DNA from: Candidatus Aenigmatarchaeota archaeon
Lineage (GTDB): Archaea; Aenigmatarchaeota; Aenigmatarchaeia; PWEA01; JACQIF01
Length of the DNA stretch: 64,000 bases
NCBI GenBank assembly: GCA_016432325.1
Contig: CP066684.1
Span: 329,018 to 393,017 of the forward strand
Reading direction: 5' to 3'
The translations under genes were made by a program, and so were the position numbers. Positions 10,417 to 20,300 of the stretch are shown in pieces. Below the pieces are notes generated by a model. It did no database searches, had not been told where the DNA came from, and worked only from the letters and a program-made list of their open reading frames with translations. Every line of letters begins with the position of its first letter. The first letter of the stretch is position 1.

Positions 10417-11725
10417 GGAAAAAAAGAGGCAGCTCTTCGAACTGCTCAAAGAGATAGCGAAAGAGAGGAACGCGCAGAAGCGATTCGCCCCAGGGGAAAC
10501 GCTGGTACAGTATTCGGGAGACCTCGTGGACGAGAAGGAGCTCATAGCCGCCGTGGACTCTCTGATAGGGGGAAGGCTCGCGTTCGGCCAGAAGGTCGAG
10601 GAGTTCGAGAAGGAATTCGCTTCTTATCTCGGCGCCAATGAGGCCATTGCCGTCAGCACGGGTTCAGACGCCTGTCTCCTCGCGATGCAGACCATGATGA
10701 ACAAGCACATCGACAACCCGATAAAACCCGGCGACGAGGTTGTCGTTTGCGCCCTGAACTTCGCGACTCCTGTCAGTTCCCTGGTATTCAGCGGCCTTAC
10801 GCCCGTCTTCGTGGACACCACGCTGGGCAACTACACCATCAACACAGACCTGATAGAGGACGCCATAACGGACAAGACCCGAATGATCATAGCAACGCAC
10901 CTTTTCGGAAACGTTGCCGGCATGAAGAAGATAATGGAACTGTCCAAGAAACACAACCTGCGCGTCCTGGAGGACTGCTGCGACGCTCATGGTTCAATGT
11001 ACGGCGACAGGCAGGTCGGTTCGATGGGAGACGCCGGAGCGTTCTCGTTCTATCCGGCTCATGGAATGACGATGGGAGGCGAGGGAGGCATCATATCGAC
11101 CAGTGACGAGGCGCTGGCGTATACGGCCCGTTCAATCCGCATGTGGGGCCGCGCCCTTCCGTGCAAGTACTGCGGCAACGACCTGTCGAAGGAGTGCAAG
11201 CTCAAACACAATCTCGACTTGGCCGGAATGGAGGACTACGACATAAACTATCTATTCGTCAATCTCGGATTCAACTCGAAGATAACCGAAGTGCAGGGAG
11301 CGTTCGGCATAGAACAGCTGAGGAAACTGAACGCGTTCAACAGGATAAGAGAAGACAACTTCAATTTCGTAGTGAAGGCTCTCAAGCCGTACGAAGACGT
11401 CCTGATACTCCCCGAAGCGACGCCCGGTTCCAAGCCGGCATGGTATAACATCCCGCTCACGATAAGAAAGGGTGCAGCGTTCACCCGCAAAGATATCCTC
11501 GACACGCTGAAGAAGGCCAGGATAGAATACAGGAACCTTTTCGCCGGGAACATCCTGAGACAGCCCGGCTACAAGAATATCAAGCACAGGGTCGCGAGTT
11601 CCCTGGAGAACGCGGATTTCACGACAGACAACTCCTTCTTCGTGGGATGTTATCAGGGAATGACTCCCGAGATGCGCGACCACATGGTGCAGACCATCAC
11701 GCGTTTCCTGGACTCGCGCAGGTGA
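10409..11725 (+). CDS. ddhC: CDP-6-deoxy-D-xylo-4-hexulose-3-dehydrase (E1, DdhC/RfbH-like; DegT family with His replacing PLP-Lys)
   Basis: 438 aa DegT-fold; SFYPAHGMTMGGEGG (His in Lys position); Cys cluster EDCCD...CKYCGNDLSKEC resembling E1 [2Fe-2S] ligands. Confidence 0.8.
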   Translation: MLEEKKRQLFELLKEIAKERNAQKRFAPGETLVQYSGDLVDEKELIAAVDSLIGGRLAFGQKVEEFEKEFASYLGANEAIAVSTGSDACLLAMQTMMNKHIDNPIKPGDEVVVCALNFATPVSSLVFSGLTPVFVDTTLGNYTINTDLIEDAITDKTRMIIATHLFGNVAGMKKIMELSKKHNLRVLEDCCDAHGSMYGDRQVGSMGDAGAFSFYPAHGMTMGGEGGIISTSDEALAYTARSIRMWGRALPCKYCGNDLSKECKLKHNLDLAGMEDYDINYLFVNLGFNSKITEVQGAFGIEQLRKLNAFNRIREDNFNFVVKALKPYEDVLILPEATPGSKPAWYNIPLTIRKGAAFTRKDILDTLKKARIEYRNLFAGNILRQPGYKNIKHRVASSLENADFTTDNSFFVGCYQGMTPEMRDHMVQTITRFLDSRR

Positions 11726-11772
11726 GTAACGCCATTTTTCTTCTTATTTAAGCGGGGACGTTATCCATTCGT

Positions 11773-12858
11773 ATGCAAAAAATCTGGCTCGGACGACTTG
11801 TACTGGTCCTGTTTACCGTTGCCGTTCTGACTGTAACGATTGAAACGGCGATAAATGAGTTCCCGATAATGGAAACCGATAGAAGAAGCGTTCCTCTGGC
11901 ATTCACGGGGGACGCGTACCTCCAATCGAAAGCGGTCAAAACGGACAGCAGCTTCTACACAGAAGACCTGAGAAAATACAGGGTTATAACGAACCCTCTT
12001 GCGTCGGGGGACGCGGACGCAACGATGAAAGAATATTACATCAGGGACGACACGCCGCAACGCGAGGTATTCGCCGTTGCCATCGGCGACTCTTTCACGT
12101 GGGGAACCAAGATGGATGTCGAATACGGCTACCCCAGGCTCCTGGAAAATACGGCGGGCCAGGACGTGGTGAATTTCGGGGTGCCCGGCGCAGGCCCCAT
12201 CGCGGAGTCGCGGATTCTGGAAACTTACGCCCTTAAACTCAGGCCCAAGGTTGTAATATGGCAGTTCATGACAAACGACATGAACGACGTCGTCCTGTTC
12301 CACTCCAGAGAAAACGTGACGCCTCCATTCTACAACGTCAGAAGATTTCTTGCGGGCAACTCCAACATCTACAACCTTGTCAAACGCGCGCATGCAACGC
12401 TCGTAATGGGACAGGACGAAGAGATGCCCGAAATAAGCGTCGGTGGTCGGAGATTCCTGCTGGAGAGCCGCGCCACGATAAAGCGGATGAATGACCACTG
12501 CAACACGCCCGCCGGCAGCGAAACCAAAGAACTGATCAGAGACGCCAAGGAGGCGAGCGAATCGAACGGCGCAAAGTTCGTTCTGCTGATGATACCTTCC
12601 AAAGCGGAGGTCTACCTGAACGAAACGAAAAGCCTCACGGGGCTGCCGGAGAACGAGATAACGTGCGTCACCGCCGAGATGAAGGAGTTCGCCTCGGAGA
12701 ACGGCATAGAATATATTGACATGGTTCCGGTGTACAGAAAAGCAATCTCCGAGGGAAGCGGCGTCTACCTGCCTCTCGACGGCCATCTGGGCGTGGAAGG
12801 CAACAACGTCACGGCACGCGCCATCTACGATTTTATCGTGCAGAACGGGTATGCGTAG
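11773..12858 (+). CDS. Membrane-anchored SGNH/GDSL-family hydrolase (candidate glycan O-acetyl esterase/transferase)
   Basis: N-terminal TM anchor; AIGDSFTWG (block I) and PLDGHL (block V) motifs. Confidence 0.6.
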   Translation: MQKIWLGRLVLVLFTVAVLTVTIETAINEFPIMETDRRSVPLAFTGDAYLQSKAVKTDSSFYTEDLRKYRVITNPLASGDADATMKEYYIRDDTPQREVFAVAIGDSFTWGTKMDVEYGYPRLLENTAGQDVVNFGVPGAGPIAESRILETYALKLRPKVVIWQFMTNDMNDVVLFHSRENVTPPFYNVRRFLAGNSNIYNLVKRAHATLVMGQDEEMPEISVGGRRFLLESRATIKRMNDHCNTPAGSETKELIRDAKEASESNGAKFVLLMIPSKAEVYLNETKSLTGLPENEITCVTAEMKEFASENGIEYIDMVPVYRKAISEGSGVYLPLDGHLGVEGNNVTARAIYDFIVQNGYA

Positions 12859-12915
12859 GCCCCGTCCTGAAGGGTTTATATAAGGAAACCGGAGAATCGA
12901 TTCGGGGACGGCAAG

Positions 12916-14490
12916 ATGAAGATTAACATCGACATGATGGGGGACAGGCGCGTCGCGTTCGCCCTTCTGATGGTAAGTTACGTCTTTCTCCTGTCGATAC
13001 CTCTTGTCGACGTTCCGTTGAACGAGGATTCGATGGCGTCTCTTCCCATAAAAATCTTCTTGAGCGAGAACAGGCTGGAATTCGTGCCTTTCATGTCGTT
13101 TACCTACTTCGCGCAGTTCGCCTACGGCCTGGCGTTCGCCGGTATCTTTGGGTTCAGTTTCGCCAACCTGCAGTTGGCCACGATAGTGCTATCGGGCCTG
13201 ACAGTAACCGCGTTCTATTTCCTTCTGCGAAGGTATGTGGGCAAGACAGAGTCCGCGCTTGGAGCATTGCTTCTTCTCACCAATCCGATATTCATCAACT
13301 ACAGCCATAGCTTTGCGTCCGACTTGCATGCGCTTTTTTACATAGTCCTTGCAACATACTTCGGCGCGCGGGCCGTCGAGACAAACAGCAACCGCCATCT
13401 CTTCATGTGCGTTCTGGCATCAACGGCCGGCTTCTACGTCCGCCAATACTCGATAGCCATTCTCGGCGGCGTCTTTTTGTACTACATCCTCGTCCAGAGA
13501 AAGAACCTGACAGCCAAGAAATTTGCCATAATGACGGTCATTCCTTCCATTGCCGTGATCGCCTGGCTGTACTGGGCGTTCTTCGTCAGTCCCAGAATAG
13601 TGCTCGACATCTACCATACGCCCGGACTTGGGTTGACGCAGCTCGCCAACGTTTCAAGGAGCCTCTTCTTCATGTCGCTGTTTTTCCTGCCGTTTGGGCC
13701 TGCCGTACTGGCGAATATAAAAACTGTCTTCGCGCGCGTGGACAGGAGAGCCTTTTGGGTGGGCGGTGCGGCAGTGGGAATATCCATCGCATGGCTGGCG
13801 CAACGCGCAATAACCGGAAAATATCTGCTGTATGGGGTTAGCGTAATCAATCAGAAGGGGATTGGCAACATAGGCATACTCGGCAGAGACGCGAGGGCGC
13901 CGATTTTCCCGGAGATGCTGTGGATACCGATTGTAGCGATGTCTCTCGTATGTCTGTTCTACCTTGCAGTCACCGTATACAACAACCGCAAAGACGCGAA
14001 GACTCTTCCCCTGATTTTCATAGCGCTGGCCTACCTCGTGGCGACAGATATCTCAAGGCTGACGATAGACCGTTACTTCATAGCCATGATGATTCCTCTG
14101 ACGCCGTTGTTGATGCGTGAACTGTCCAAAATGAGAAATTACCGTCTCCTGTTAGGAGGCGCTCTCGTCCTTATGGCCGTGTGGGGGTGGTATGGAACGT
14201 ACGAGCACGTGACGATAAACAAGGTGGGTTGGGACGCGACGCAGGAACTTGTGCGGAACGGGGTGGATGTTCAGGCCATCGACGGTTCCGTCGACTTCAA
14301 CGTATTTTACAGCACGTGCACAACGCAGAAGGTGTTCTGCGAGCTGAATTACGCGTGCGTTCCTGAAAAAACCGAATGCGACTACACGCTCACGTTCATT
14401 CCGGACGACGATGTTGTAACGTCGAGAGACTATTTCTCTCCGTTTGGCAACAAGAGAGGAACGTTATACGTGGTCCGTGCGAACGAATAG
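12916..14490 (+). CDS. GT-C fold glycosyltransferase (PMT/ArnT-like), paralog 2
   Basis: 524 aa polytopic; N- and C-terminal similarity to 1721-3289 protein; TATA 12876-12886. Confidence 0.6.
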   Translation: MKINIDMMGDRRVAFALLMVSYVFLLSIPLVDVPLNEDSMASLPIKIFLSENRLEFVPFMSFTYFAQFAYGLAFAGIFGFSFANLQLATIVLSGLTVTAFYFLLRRYVGKTESALGALLLLTNPIFINYSHSFASDLHALFYIVLATYFGARAVETNSNRHLFMCVLASTAGFYVRQYSIAILGGVFLYYILVQRKNLTAKKFAIMTVIPSIAVIAWLYWAFFVSPRIVLDIYHTPGLGLTQLANVSRSLFFMSLFFLPFGPAVLANIKTVFARVDRRAFWVGGAAVGISIAWLAQRAITGKYLLYGVSVINQKGIGNIGILGRDARAPIFPEMLWIPIVAMSLVCLFYLAVTVYNNRKDAKTLPLIFIALAYLVATDISRLTIDRYFIAMMIPLTPLLMRELSKMRNYRLLLGGALVLMAVWGWYGTYEHVTINKVGWDATQELVRNGVDVQAIDGSVDFNVFYSTCTTQKVFCELNYACVPEKTECDYTLTFIPDDDVVTSRDYFSPFGNKRGTLYVVRANE

Positions 14491-15600
14491 TCACGATGCG
14501 GCTTCCTCGTATATTCTCCTGAGCCTGGCGTTGCGCGCCTTTATCGAAACGGGGCCGTTCCTTACTCTGCGCAGACCCTCCCTCGCCATCTTCTTGCGCG
14601 CGGACGGGCTTTCGAGAAGCGCTGTCATGGTTTTAACCAGTTTGTCCTCGAACTTGGGGAAGCGATGGTTCCGTACGTATTCCCCAAAAGACTTCCAGCT
14701 GTCCCATTTGAACAGGTTCTTGTCGTTGTAGTAGGAAACCGGTGCGCGAACGTACGAACCGGCGTCTCCGAGAATCTCTGGGATAGCAAAGACGTCTGTC
14801 GCGACCACAGGCGTGGCCGTGGCCATCGCCTCCTCGTACACCATCCCAAACGTATCGTGGTACGAAGGAAGCACGAACAGGTCGGCTGTCGCATAGAACT
14901 CGTTGATAATGCGCGAGCGCGGCATTATGGGTTCACAGAATTCGACGACGTCTCCGTACTTCTCCACGAACTCCCGGGGAGCCCACGAAACGATTCTCAG
15001 CCGCGCGTCCATGCTCTTGCGCACGCGCAAGAACGCGTTTACGACTTCCCGCGCGCCTTTCTCATAGAAGTTGTTGCCGATGTAAAGCATGGTCGGCACA
15101 TCGTGTTTTTTCTTCCTGAAGTTTTTCAACGGCGCCATCGCAGGATAGACGACCTCAATCTTGTGCGCGAACGCGCGCGTGTCGAGACCGTTCAGCACGG
15201 AGCGCTTGGCCGCCTCAGACCACGGGAGTATCTTCCTGCAGTAGTCGGACGCCAGATACCGTTCCACCTTGCCCTTCACCTGATCGAGCCTGCGACCGGC
15301 CTCGAAACCCACAAACGAATTTACATGCTCCATGTCTATCACCCACGGCGACGCGTTCAGAGGTATGATACCGCTGCACGCGTGTATCAGCTGCGAACCG
15401 CGCTTCTGCGGCACGTAGACGGACTGCGGCGAACGCGTGAGCTTCAGGTAGTTGACAAAGACGCGCTTCTTCACGTATGTAACGAGGTCGTTTTTGCGCA
15501 CAGTCACGCTTCCTGGTATGTCATAGTTCACGCCGGCAGGCGGATAGCGAACGAGGTCGTCAAACGCGCTGTGATTGCCTTTCCTGAGTGTAACAATCAT
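14491..15600 (-). CDS. Glycosyltransferase family 4 (GT-B)
   Basis: C-terminal EX7E-type motif LPSYHDTFGMVYEEAMATATPVVATD. Confidence 0.8.
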   Translation of the reverse strand: MIVTLRKGNHSAFDDLVRYPPAGVNYDIPGSVTVRKNDLVTYVKKRVFVNYLKLTRSPQSVYVPQKRGSQLIHACSGIIPLNASPWVIDMEHVNSFVGFEAGRRLDQVKGKVERYLASDYCRKILPWSEAAKRSVLNGLDTRAFAHKIEVVYPAMAPLKNFRKKKHDVPTMLYIGNNFYEKGAREVVNAFLRVRKSMDARLRIVSWAPREFVEKYGDVVEFCEPIMPRSRIINEFYATADLFVLPSYHDTFGMVYEEAMATATPVVATDVFAIPEILGDAGSYVRAPVSYYNDKNLFKWDSWKSFGEYVRNHRFPKFEDKLVKTMTALLESPSARKKMAREGLRRVRNGPVSIKARNARLRRIYEEAAS

Positions 15601-16703
15601 CTATTCATCCTCTTTTCCAGCTCGTCGTAGAGGTCTATCAGCTTCTCTGCCTGCTTCTCATGATGGTACGTCTCATCGTAAACGCGTTTGGCGTTCTTGC
15701 CCAGCCTTTCCCGAAGCGCGCGGTCGTCGGCCAGCCTCATGAGCGCATACTTCAGGGATTCAACGTCATTCGGCCTCACGAGCAGGCCCGCCTCGCCGTT
15801 CTGCAGAATCGTCGATATGTCGCCCAGCTCGCTCGCGACAATCGCGCGGCCCATGGCCATGGCCTCAAATATCTTCGCAGGCGTCTGCGCGCGCGTGTAC
15901 AAAGTGTCTCTTGTAGGTATCGCGTAAATGTCCGCCATGAGCGTATAGTCCAGCGACTTTTCCCCCGTACGTTTCTTCAGCCATATCGTTTCCGGGCCTG
16001 ACATGGCCTTATACTTGGCCGTCTCGGCTCCGAGCTCGAACAGAACGAGCTTTATGTCTTCGCGCCCTGTCGCCTGCACGGCCTTGATGAGAACGTCTAT
16101 GCCTTTCGTTTCAAAGAGCGTTCCTACATGCGTCACGACAATCTTGTCCTCGAGGCCGAGTTTTGCGCGCAGCGCGTCCGCCGTTTTCTGAGTCGGCCTG
16201 TCCCTGTCGGTGTCTATCGGCTGGTAGATGAGATGTCCGCCGTACGTTCTCTGCATGAACCGCGACATCACTATCTTCTCGTCGGCGAATCTGTGGAACC
16301 AGTCGGCAATCCCCAGAACGAACCTCTTCAGAACGCTCTTGGGAGAGGCCTTGTCATAATCGTCTATTGTAATGACAAGCGGCTTGCGGAGAACGAACTT
16401 GGCCAGCGCGGAGACTGGAGCAGTGTGCGGCAGGAGCTTAAAACAGAATATCACGTCGAAGTCGTTGCGCAAGAGGCGCGCAAAGTTGCGCGGTATCAGT
16501 GTGAACGCGCCGAGACTCTTAGGCTTGCTTATCCAAGGCTCAAGACGCTCGACACGCACGGAGTTATCGTTCACAAAGATGCCTTCACCGAACGTGGGCC
16601 CGACTATCGTGACGTCGTGCTTCTTTTCCAGTATCTTCGCGTACGTGTAAGGAATGAGATACGAGCTTCCGTTCAACGACGGCGCAAGCATCAATATACG
16701 CAT
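15597..16703 (-). CDS. Glycosyltransferase family 4 (GT-B)
   Basis: GT4 C-terminal domain FEAMAMGRAIVASELG; overlaps downstream gene by 4 nt. Confidence 0.8.
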   Translation of the reverse strand: MRILMLAPSLNGSSYLIPYTYAKILEKKHDVTIVGPTFGEGIFVNDNSVRVERLEPWISKPKSLGAFTLIPRNFARLLRNDFDVIFCFKLLPHTAPVSALAKFVLRKPLVITIDDYDKASPKSVLKRFVLGIADWFHRFADEKIVMSRFMQRTYGGHLIYQPIDTDRDRPTQKTADALRAKLGLEDKIVVTHVGTLFETKGIDVLIKAVQATGREDIKLVLFELGAETAKYKAMSGPETIWLKKRTGEKSLDYTLMADIYAIPTRDTLYTRAQTPAKIFEAMAMGRAIVASELGDISTILQNGEAGLLVRPNDVESLKYALMRLADDRALRERLGKNAKRVYDETYHHEKQAEKLIDLYDELEKRMNR

Positions 16704-16712
16704 CCGAACCCC

Positions 16713-17408
16713 TCAAGACTTTTTTATGGCTTCGGCATATATCTCCGCACTGCGCCGCGGAAACGTCTTGCCCAGTCCGCCAATCGTACGTGAAACAGGA
16801 ACAAAATGGTCGAGCAGTATCATAACCTTCATTCCAAGAGGCGGGTTGAAGCCTCTCATCTCGACGCGCTCTACGCGCACGCCTGACGCCTCAAGCAAAC
16901 CCAGCAATTGTTCTTTCGTATATTCGCGCAGGTGCGTGCGGTCTGTGAAACGCAGTTCGTTGGGCAGCCCCAACATCGAATGGAATGCCGTGTGCAGATT
17001 GCGCAGGTTAGGCACAACCACCTCCATGATTCCGTCTTTTTTGAGCGCGGCCTTCATCCCCTCGATTACGCCGGCGTCGTCAGGAACGTGCTCTATAACG
17101 TGACGGCAGTGCACGCTGTCAAACGCGCCGTCCCTGAAGGGCATGTTCTGCGCGTCTCCGATGACCATCATGAGTTCGCGTCCGTATTTCTTTGACAGTC
17201 GCGTTGCTTTCAGCGCGTTCTCCGCGTTTATCTCCAGGCCGTACGCATCGTACCCTTCGGACTCGCGCTTCAGGACTTCGAATCCGAAGCTGGCGCCGAC
17301 GTCAAGGAAGCGTCTTCCATTGTTCGGTTTTCGTGCGACGCCCGCGAGCTGCGCGTATATCTTCTCGAGGTCCTGGAACAGCAGGCGGCGATAGACGCGC
17401 CTCGGCAT
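16713..17408 (-). CDS. Class I SAM-dependent methyltransferase (Methyltransf_11-like)
   Basis: FLDVGASFGFE...GAFDSV motifs; ATG 17408 preferred over TTG 17435. Confidence 0.6.
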   Translation of the reverse strand: MPRRVYRRLLFQDLEKIYAQLAGVARKPNNGRRFLDVGASFGFEVLKRESEGYDAYGLEINAENALKATRLSKKYGRELMMVIGDAQNMPFRDGAFDSVHCRHVIEHVPDDAGVIEGMKAALKKDGIMEVVVPNLRNLHTAFHSMLGLPNELRFTDRTHLREYTKEQLLGLLEASGVRVERVEMRGFNPPLGMKVMILLDHFVPVSRTIGGLGKTFPRRSAEIYAEAIKKS

Positions 17409-17427
17409 ACCAACTCTCTCCGCGCGT

Positions 17428-18444
17428 TCACTCAATGAAACCGGCCTCCTTGTAGAAATTTTGGAACGTCTTCTTCACGACTGGATAGTCGAACTGCTTG
17501 GCGATTAGTTTCGCCGCGGACGCGTGTTTTATGGCAGTCTCCCTGTCTTCCAGATACGCGCTTATGTTCTTCGCAAGCGCGTCTGCGTCGGTATTCTTGT
17601 GGAAGAGCGCCGCGCCTTCGAACGCCTCGAAAACCCCGAAATCCGGGAGGCAGAGCGGCACGCCGGCCGCAGCCGCCTCGTAGGCGCTCAAACAGAAGCA
17701 CTCGGGCCCGTCGTCAGACGAGTTCACGTAAACGGACGCAGCGCCGTACGCGGCGCGCAGTTCGGGCCATCCTATGTGGCCGGTGAGGACGAGGCCGTCA
17801 CCCTCCTGCTCGGCGAACTCCTTCGGAGGCAGCAGCCATTCCAGATTCTTGCCGGTCTCTAACGCCTTGCTCGTCTTCAGCTCGTCCGCATTCTTGAATC
17901 CGGTGGCGACCAACGTGACGCCTGCCTTCCTGCACGCCTCAAGAATCACAAGCGGGTTTTTCATCGCGCGTATTCCGACGCACAATGCAAACGGCTTGTC
18001 GCCAAGTCCGTACTTCCTGCGGAACTTTTCTCCGTCAACGGGTTTGGAAAAGTATCCGTAGTCCACCGGGATGGGCAGGACGCGTATCCGCCGCGCGTCG
18101 ACTCCATCCTGCATGTATCGTCTTTTCGCGTACGCGGTCTGCGCTATCACATAGGTAAAACGGTTGAACAGGAACCTGCGCACGAAGCGCGCGAGACCGC
18201 TGCTGCCGACCGTATTGAAGTGGGGCGTATATACGGAACGCCGTGCGAACAGGCCGGCCATCTCAGGGAAGGGAAAGCCGCGGCCGTGCGCGTGAACGCG
18301 CTGGCCAAGAACGGAGCGGACGTTTCCAAAGAAGTCTCCTTTCCTGACGACAACGATGTCCCCTCCTGCCGCGTCTGCGCAGATTTTCATGTAGTCTTCC
18401 CGCGGAAGGACGTCTATCGGATAGAAGTTCACGAGCGTGCGCAC
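17428..18444 (-). CDS. GT-B glycosyltransferase (GT4-like)
   Basis: C-terminal AYEAAAAGVPLCLPDFG motif; GTG start. Confidence 0.55.
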   Translation of the reverse strand: MRTLVNFYPIDVLPREDYMKICADAAGGDIVVVRKGDFFGNVRSVLGQRVHAHGRGFPFPEMAGLFARRSVYTPHFNTVGSSGLARFVRRFLFNRFTYVIAQTAYAKRRYMQDGVDARRIRVLPIPVDYGYFSKPVDGEKFRRKYGLGDKPFALCVGIRAMKNPLVILEACRKAGVTLVATGFKNADELKTSKALETGKNLEWLLPPKEFAEQEGDGLVLTGHIGWPELRAAYGAASVYVNSSDDGPECFCLSAYEAAAAGVPLCLPDFGVFEAFEGAALFHKNTDADALAKNISAYLEDRETAIKHASAAKLIAKQFDYPVVKKTFQNFYKEAGFIE

Positions 18445-18448
18445 GCAA

Positions 18449-19393
18449 TCACCAGAGCGCCAGCTGGCGCAGGCTGCCGTTCTTGTATTTCCTGACCTTC
18501 GGATACAGCTCCGCGAAGGCCTTTATGGCGCCTATGTAGTAGCTGAAGAAGCCGCCTCCCCGCTTGAGGGAGCGCGCGAAGTCGAAACCCAGCACAAGAG
18601 GAAACACCAGCGCGGCCTGCCACGTCGGCAGGTTTCTCCAGAACGTCAGGTACTTGTTGCGCATCGTGTACCAGTCGGACTTGCCCATGGCCTTGTTGGC
18701 CTTTATGCTCATGGAGCCCTTGTGGTATATGACAGAAGCCGGGCAGAATACTATCCTGTATCCGTTGTTGCGCAGTCTCCAGCAAAGGTCCAGCTCCTCG
18801 CCGTAAGTGAAATAGTGGGGGCAGATGTATTCCGGCATCTCGTCCAGCGCGGATTTCCTCAGCAACACCGAAACTCCCATCGCCCAGAACGTCTCCTTGC
18901 GCTTGCTGAACGCCGGACCGTCCTTCTCGCCGAAGCCGTCGTGATGCGAGACGCCGAATATGCACAGCCGTCCGCCTGCGAACTGTATCTTGTCATTGTT
19001 AACGCCGTCGTAAAATATCACCTTCGAAGCCGTCATCGCCACCCGAGGGTCGCTCATCGGCTCCATCAGCTCAGAAAGCCAGAGGCCGTCGCGTATTATG
19101 ACGTCGTTGTTCAGCAGCAGCACGAACGGACTCTTGGCTTCGCGCAGTCCGATGTTGGCCGCTCCAGAGAAACCGCAGTTGTCCTTTATGTCGTGGTAGC
19201 GTATCTCGAACGCCGCCTCCTTGCGAACGTCTTTTAGGCCCTCTTGGAGAGCGCGCTTGTTCTCCGGCGCGGAACCGTTGTCTATGAGAAGGACTTCGAA
19301 ATCTTCGAAACGCTGCTTTCTTATGGATCTCAGGGCGTCGAGCGTCTCTCCGTGCGTATTCCAGTTGATTATCGCTACCGTAATTTGTGCCAT
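18449..19393 (-). CDS. Glycosyltransferase family 2
   Basis: TVAIINWNT...VLLIDNGS...LLLNNDV GT-A motifs. Confidence 0.8.
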   Translation of the reverse strand: MAQITVAIINWNTHGETLDALRSIRKQRFEDFEVLLIDNGSAPENKRALQEGLKDVRKEAAFEIRYHDIKDNCGFSGAANIGLREAKSPFVLLLNNDVIIRDGLWLSELMEPMSDPRVAMTASKVIFYDGVNNDKIQFAGGRLCIFGVSHHDGFGEKDGPAFSKRKETFWAMGVSVLLRKSALDEMPEYICPHYFTYGEELDLCWRLRNNGYRIVFCPASVIYHKGSMSIKANKAMGKSDWYTMRNKYLTFWRNLPTWQAALVFPLVLGFDFARSLKRGGGFFSYYIGAIKAFAELYPKVRKYKNGSLRQLALW

Positions 19394-19456
19394 AGGACAG
19401 CCTTTCGACGCCTAAAGGGCGCGAAAGCAGGTATTTAAGGTTTTTACGGCCCAGAT

Positions 19457-20296
19457 ATGCAGGGTCTGAAGATGGAACAGATGAAAGTGGTCATATTCTG
19501 CGGAGGCACAGGAACGCGCCTCAGGGAACACACTGAACAGATGCCGAAACCGATGGTGCCGATAGGCAACAAACCCATACTGTGGCACATAATGAAAACG
19601 TATTCGCAGCACGGTTTCAAGGACTTCATACTGTGTCTCGGATACAAGTCCGAAGCGATAAAGCAGTACTTCCTGAACTACGAATGGCTGCATCACGACT
19701 TCACGATGAAGGTCGGGGACCGCCACCAGTGGACTCGCCACAACAACCATGAGATGGAAGACTGGAACATCACGTTCGCTTTCACAGGACACGACACGCT
19801 GACGGCCGGACGCTTGCTGCAGGTAAAGACGTATCTGGAAGGCCAGAAGAGCTTCATGTTCACATACGGGGATGGCGTTGCCGACATCGACTTGCGCGCA
19901 TTACTGGACTTCCACAAGAAGACGGGCAAGGTCGCCACGATAACAGGCGCGCATCCGACGTCGAAGTACGGAATGATTCAGGCGCGCGACGATCAGGTCA
20001 TCACAGGCTTCCAGCAGAAGCCCGCCCTGAGCGACTACATCAACATCGGCTTCGGCGTGGCGGAGAGCTCGATATTTGACAATATCAAAGGCAGGCGTCT
20101 CGTGATGACCGACGCGCCGGGCGCGGAAGAAACGGAAGACAGGATGATAGAAGACGTCTTCCTCGACCTGATAAACAAGCAGCAGCTCGCGATGTTCCAG
20201 CACGAAGGCTTCTTCCATCCGATGGACACTCACAAGGACTACGAAGATTTGAACAAGATGTGGAGCCGCGGCAACGCGCCGTGGAAGGTGTGGTGA
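19457..20296 (+). CDS. rfbF: Glucose-1-phosphate cytidylyltransferase
   Basis: Near-colinear match to RfbF/DdhA: KVVIFCGGTGTRL...KPMVPIGNKPILWHIMK...FMFTYGDGVADIDL...APWKVW; alternative start 19481. Confidence 0.9.
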   Translation: MQGLKMEQMKVVIFCGGTGTRLREHTEQMPKPMVPIGNKPILWHIMKTYSQHGFKDFILCLGYKSEAIKQYFLNYEWLHHDFTMKVGDRHQWTRHNNHEMEDWNITFAFTGHDTLTAGRLLQVKTYLEGQKSFMFTYGDGVADIDLRALLDFHKKTGKVATITGAHPTSKYGMIQARDDQVITGFQQKPALSDYINIGFGVAESSIFDNIKGRRLVMTDAPGAEETEDRMIEDVFLDLINKQQLAMFQHEGFFHPMDTHKDYEDLNKMWSRGNAPWKVW

Positions 20297-20300
20297 GCGC

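Noticed and set aside
11761-12786. 341-aa minus-strand ORF
   Set aside because: Fully antisense to the SGNH hydrolase gene, which has GDS and DGH catalytic blocks; Arg-rich low-complexity translation.
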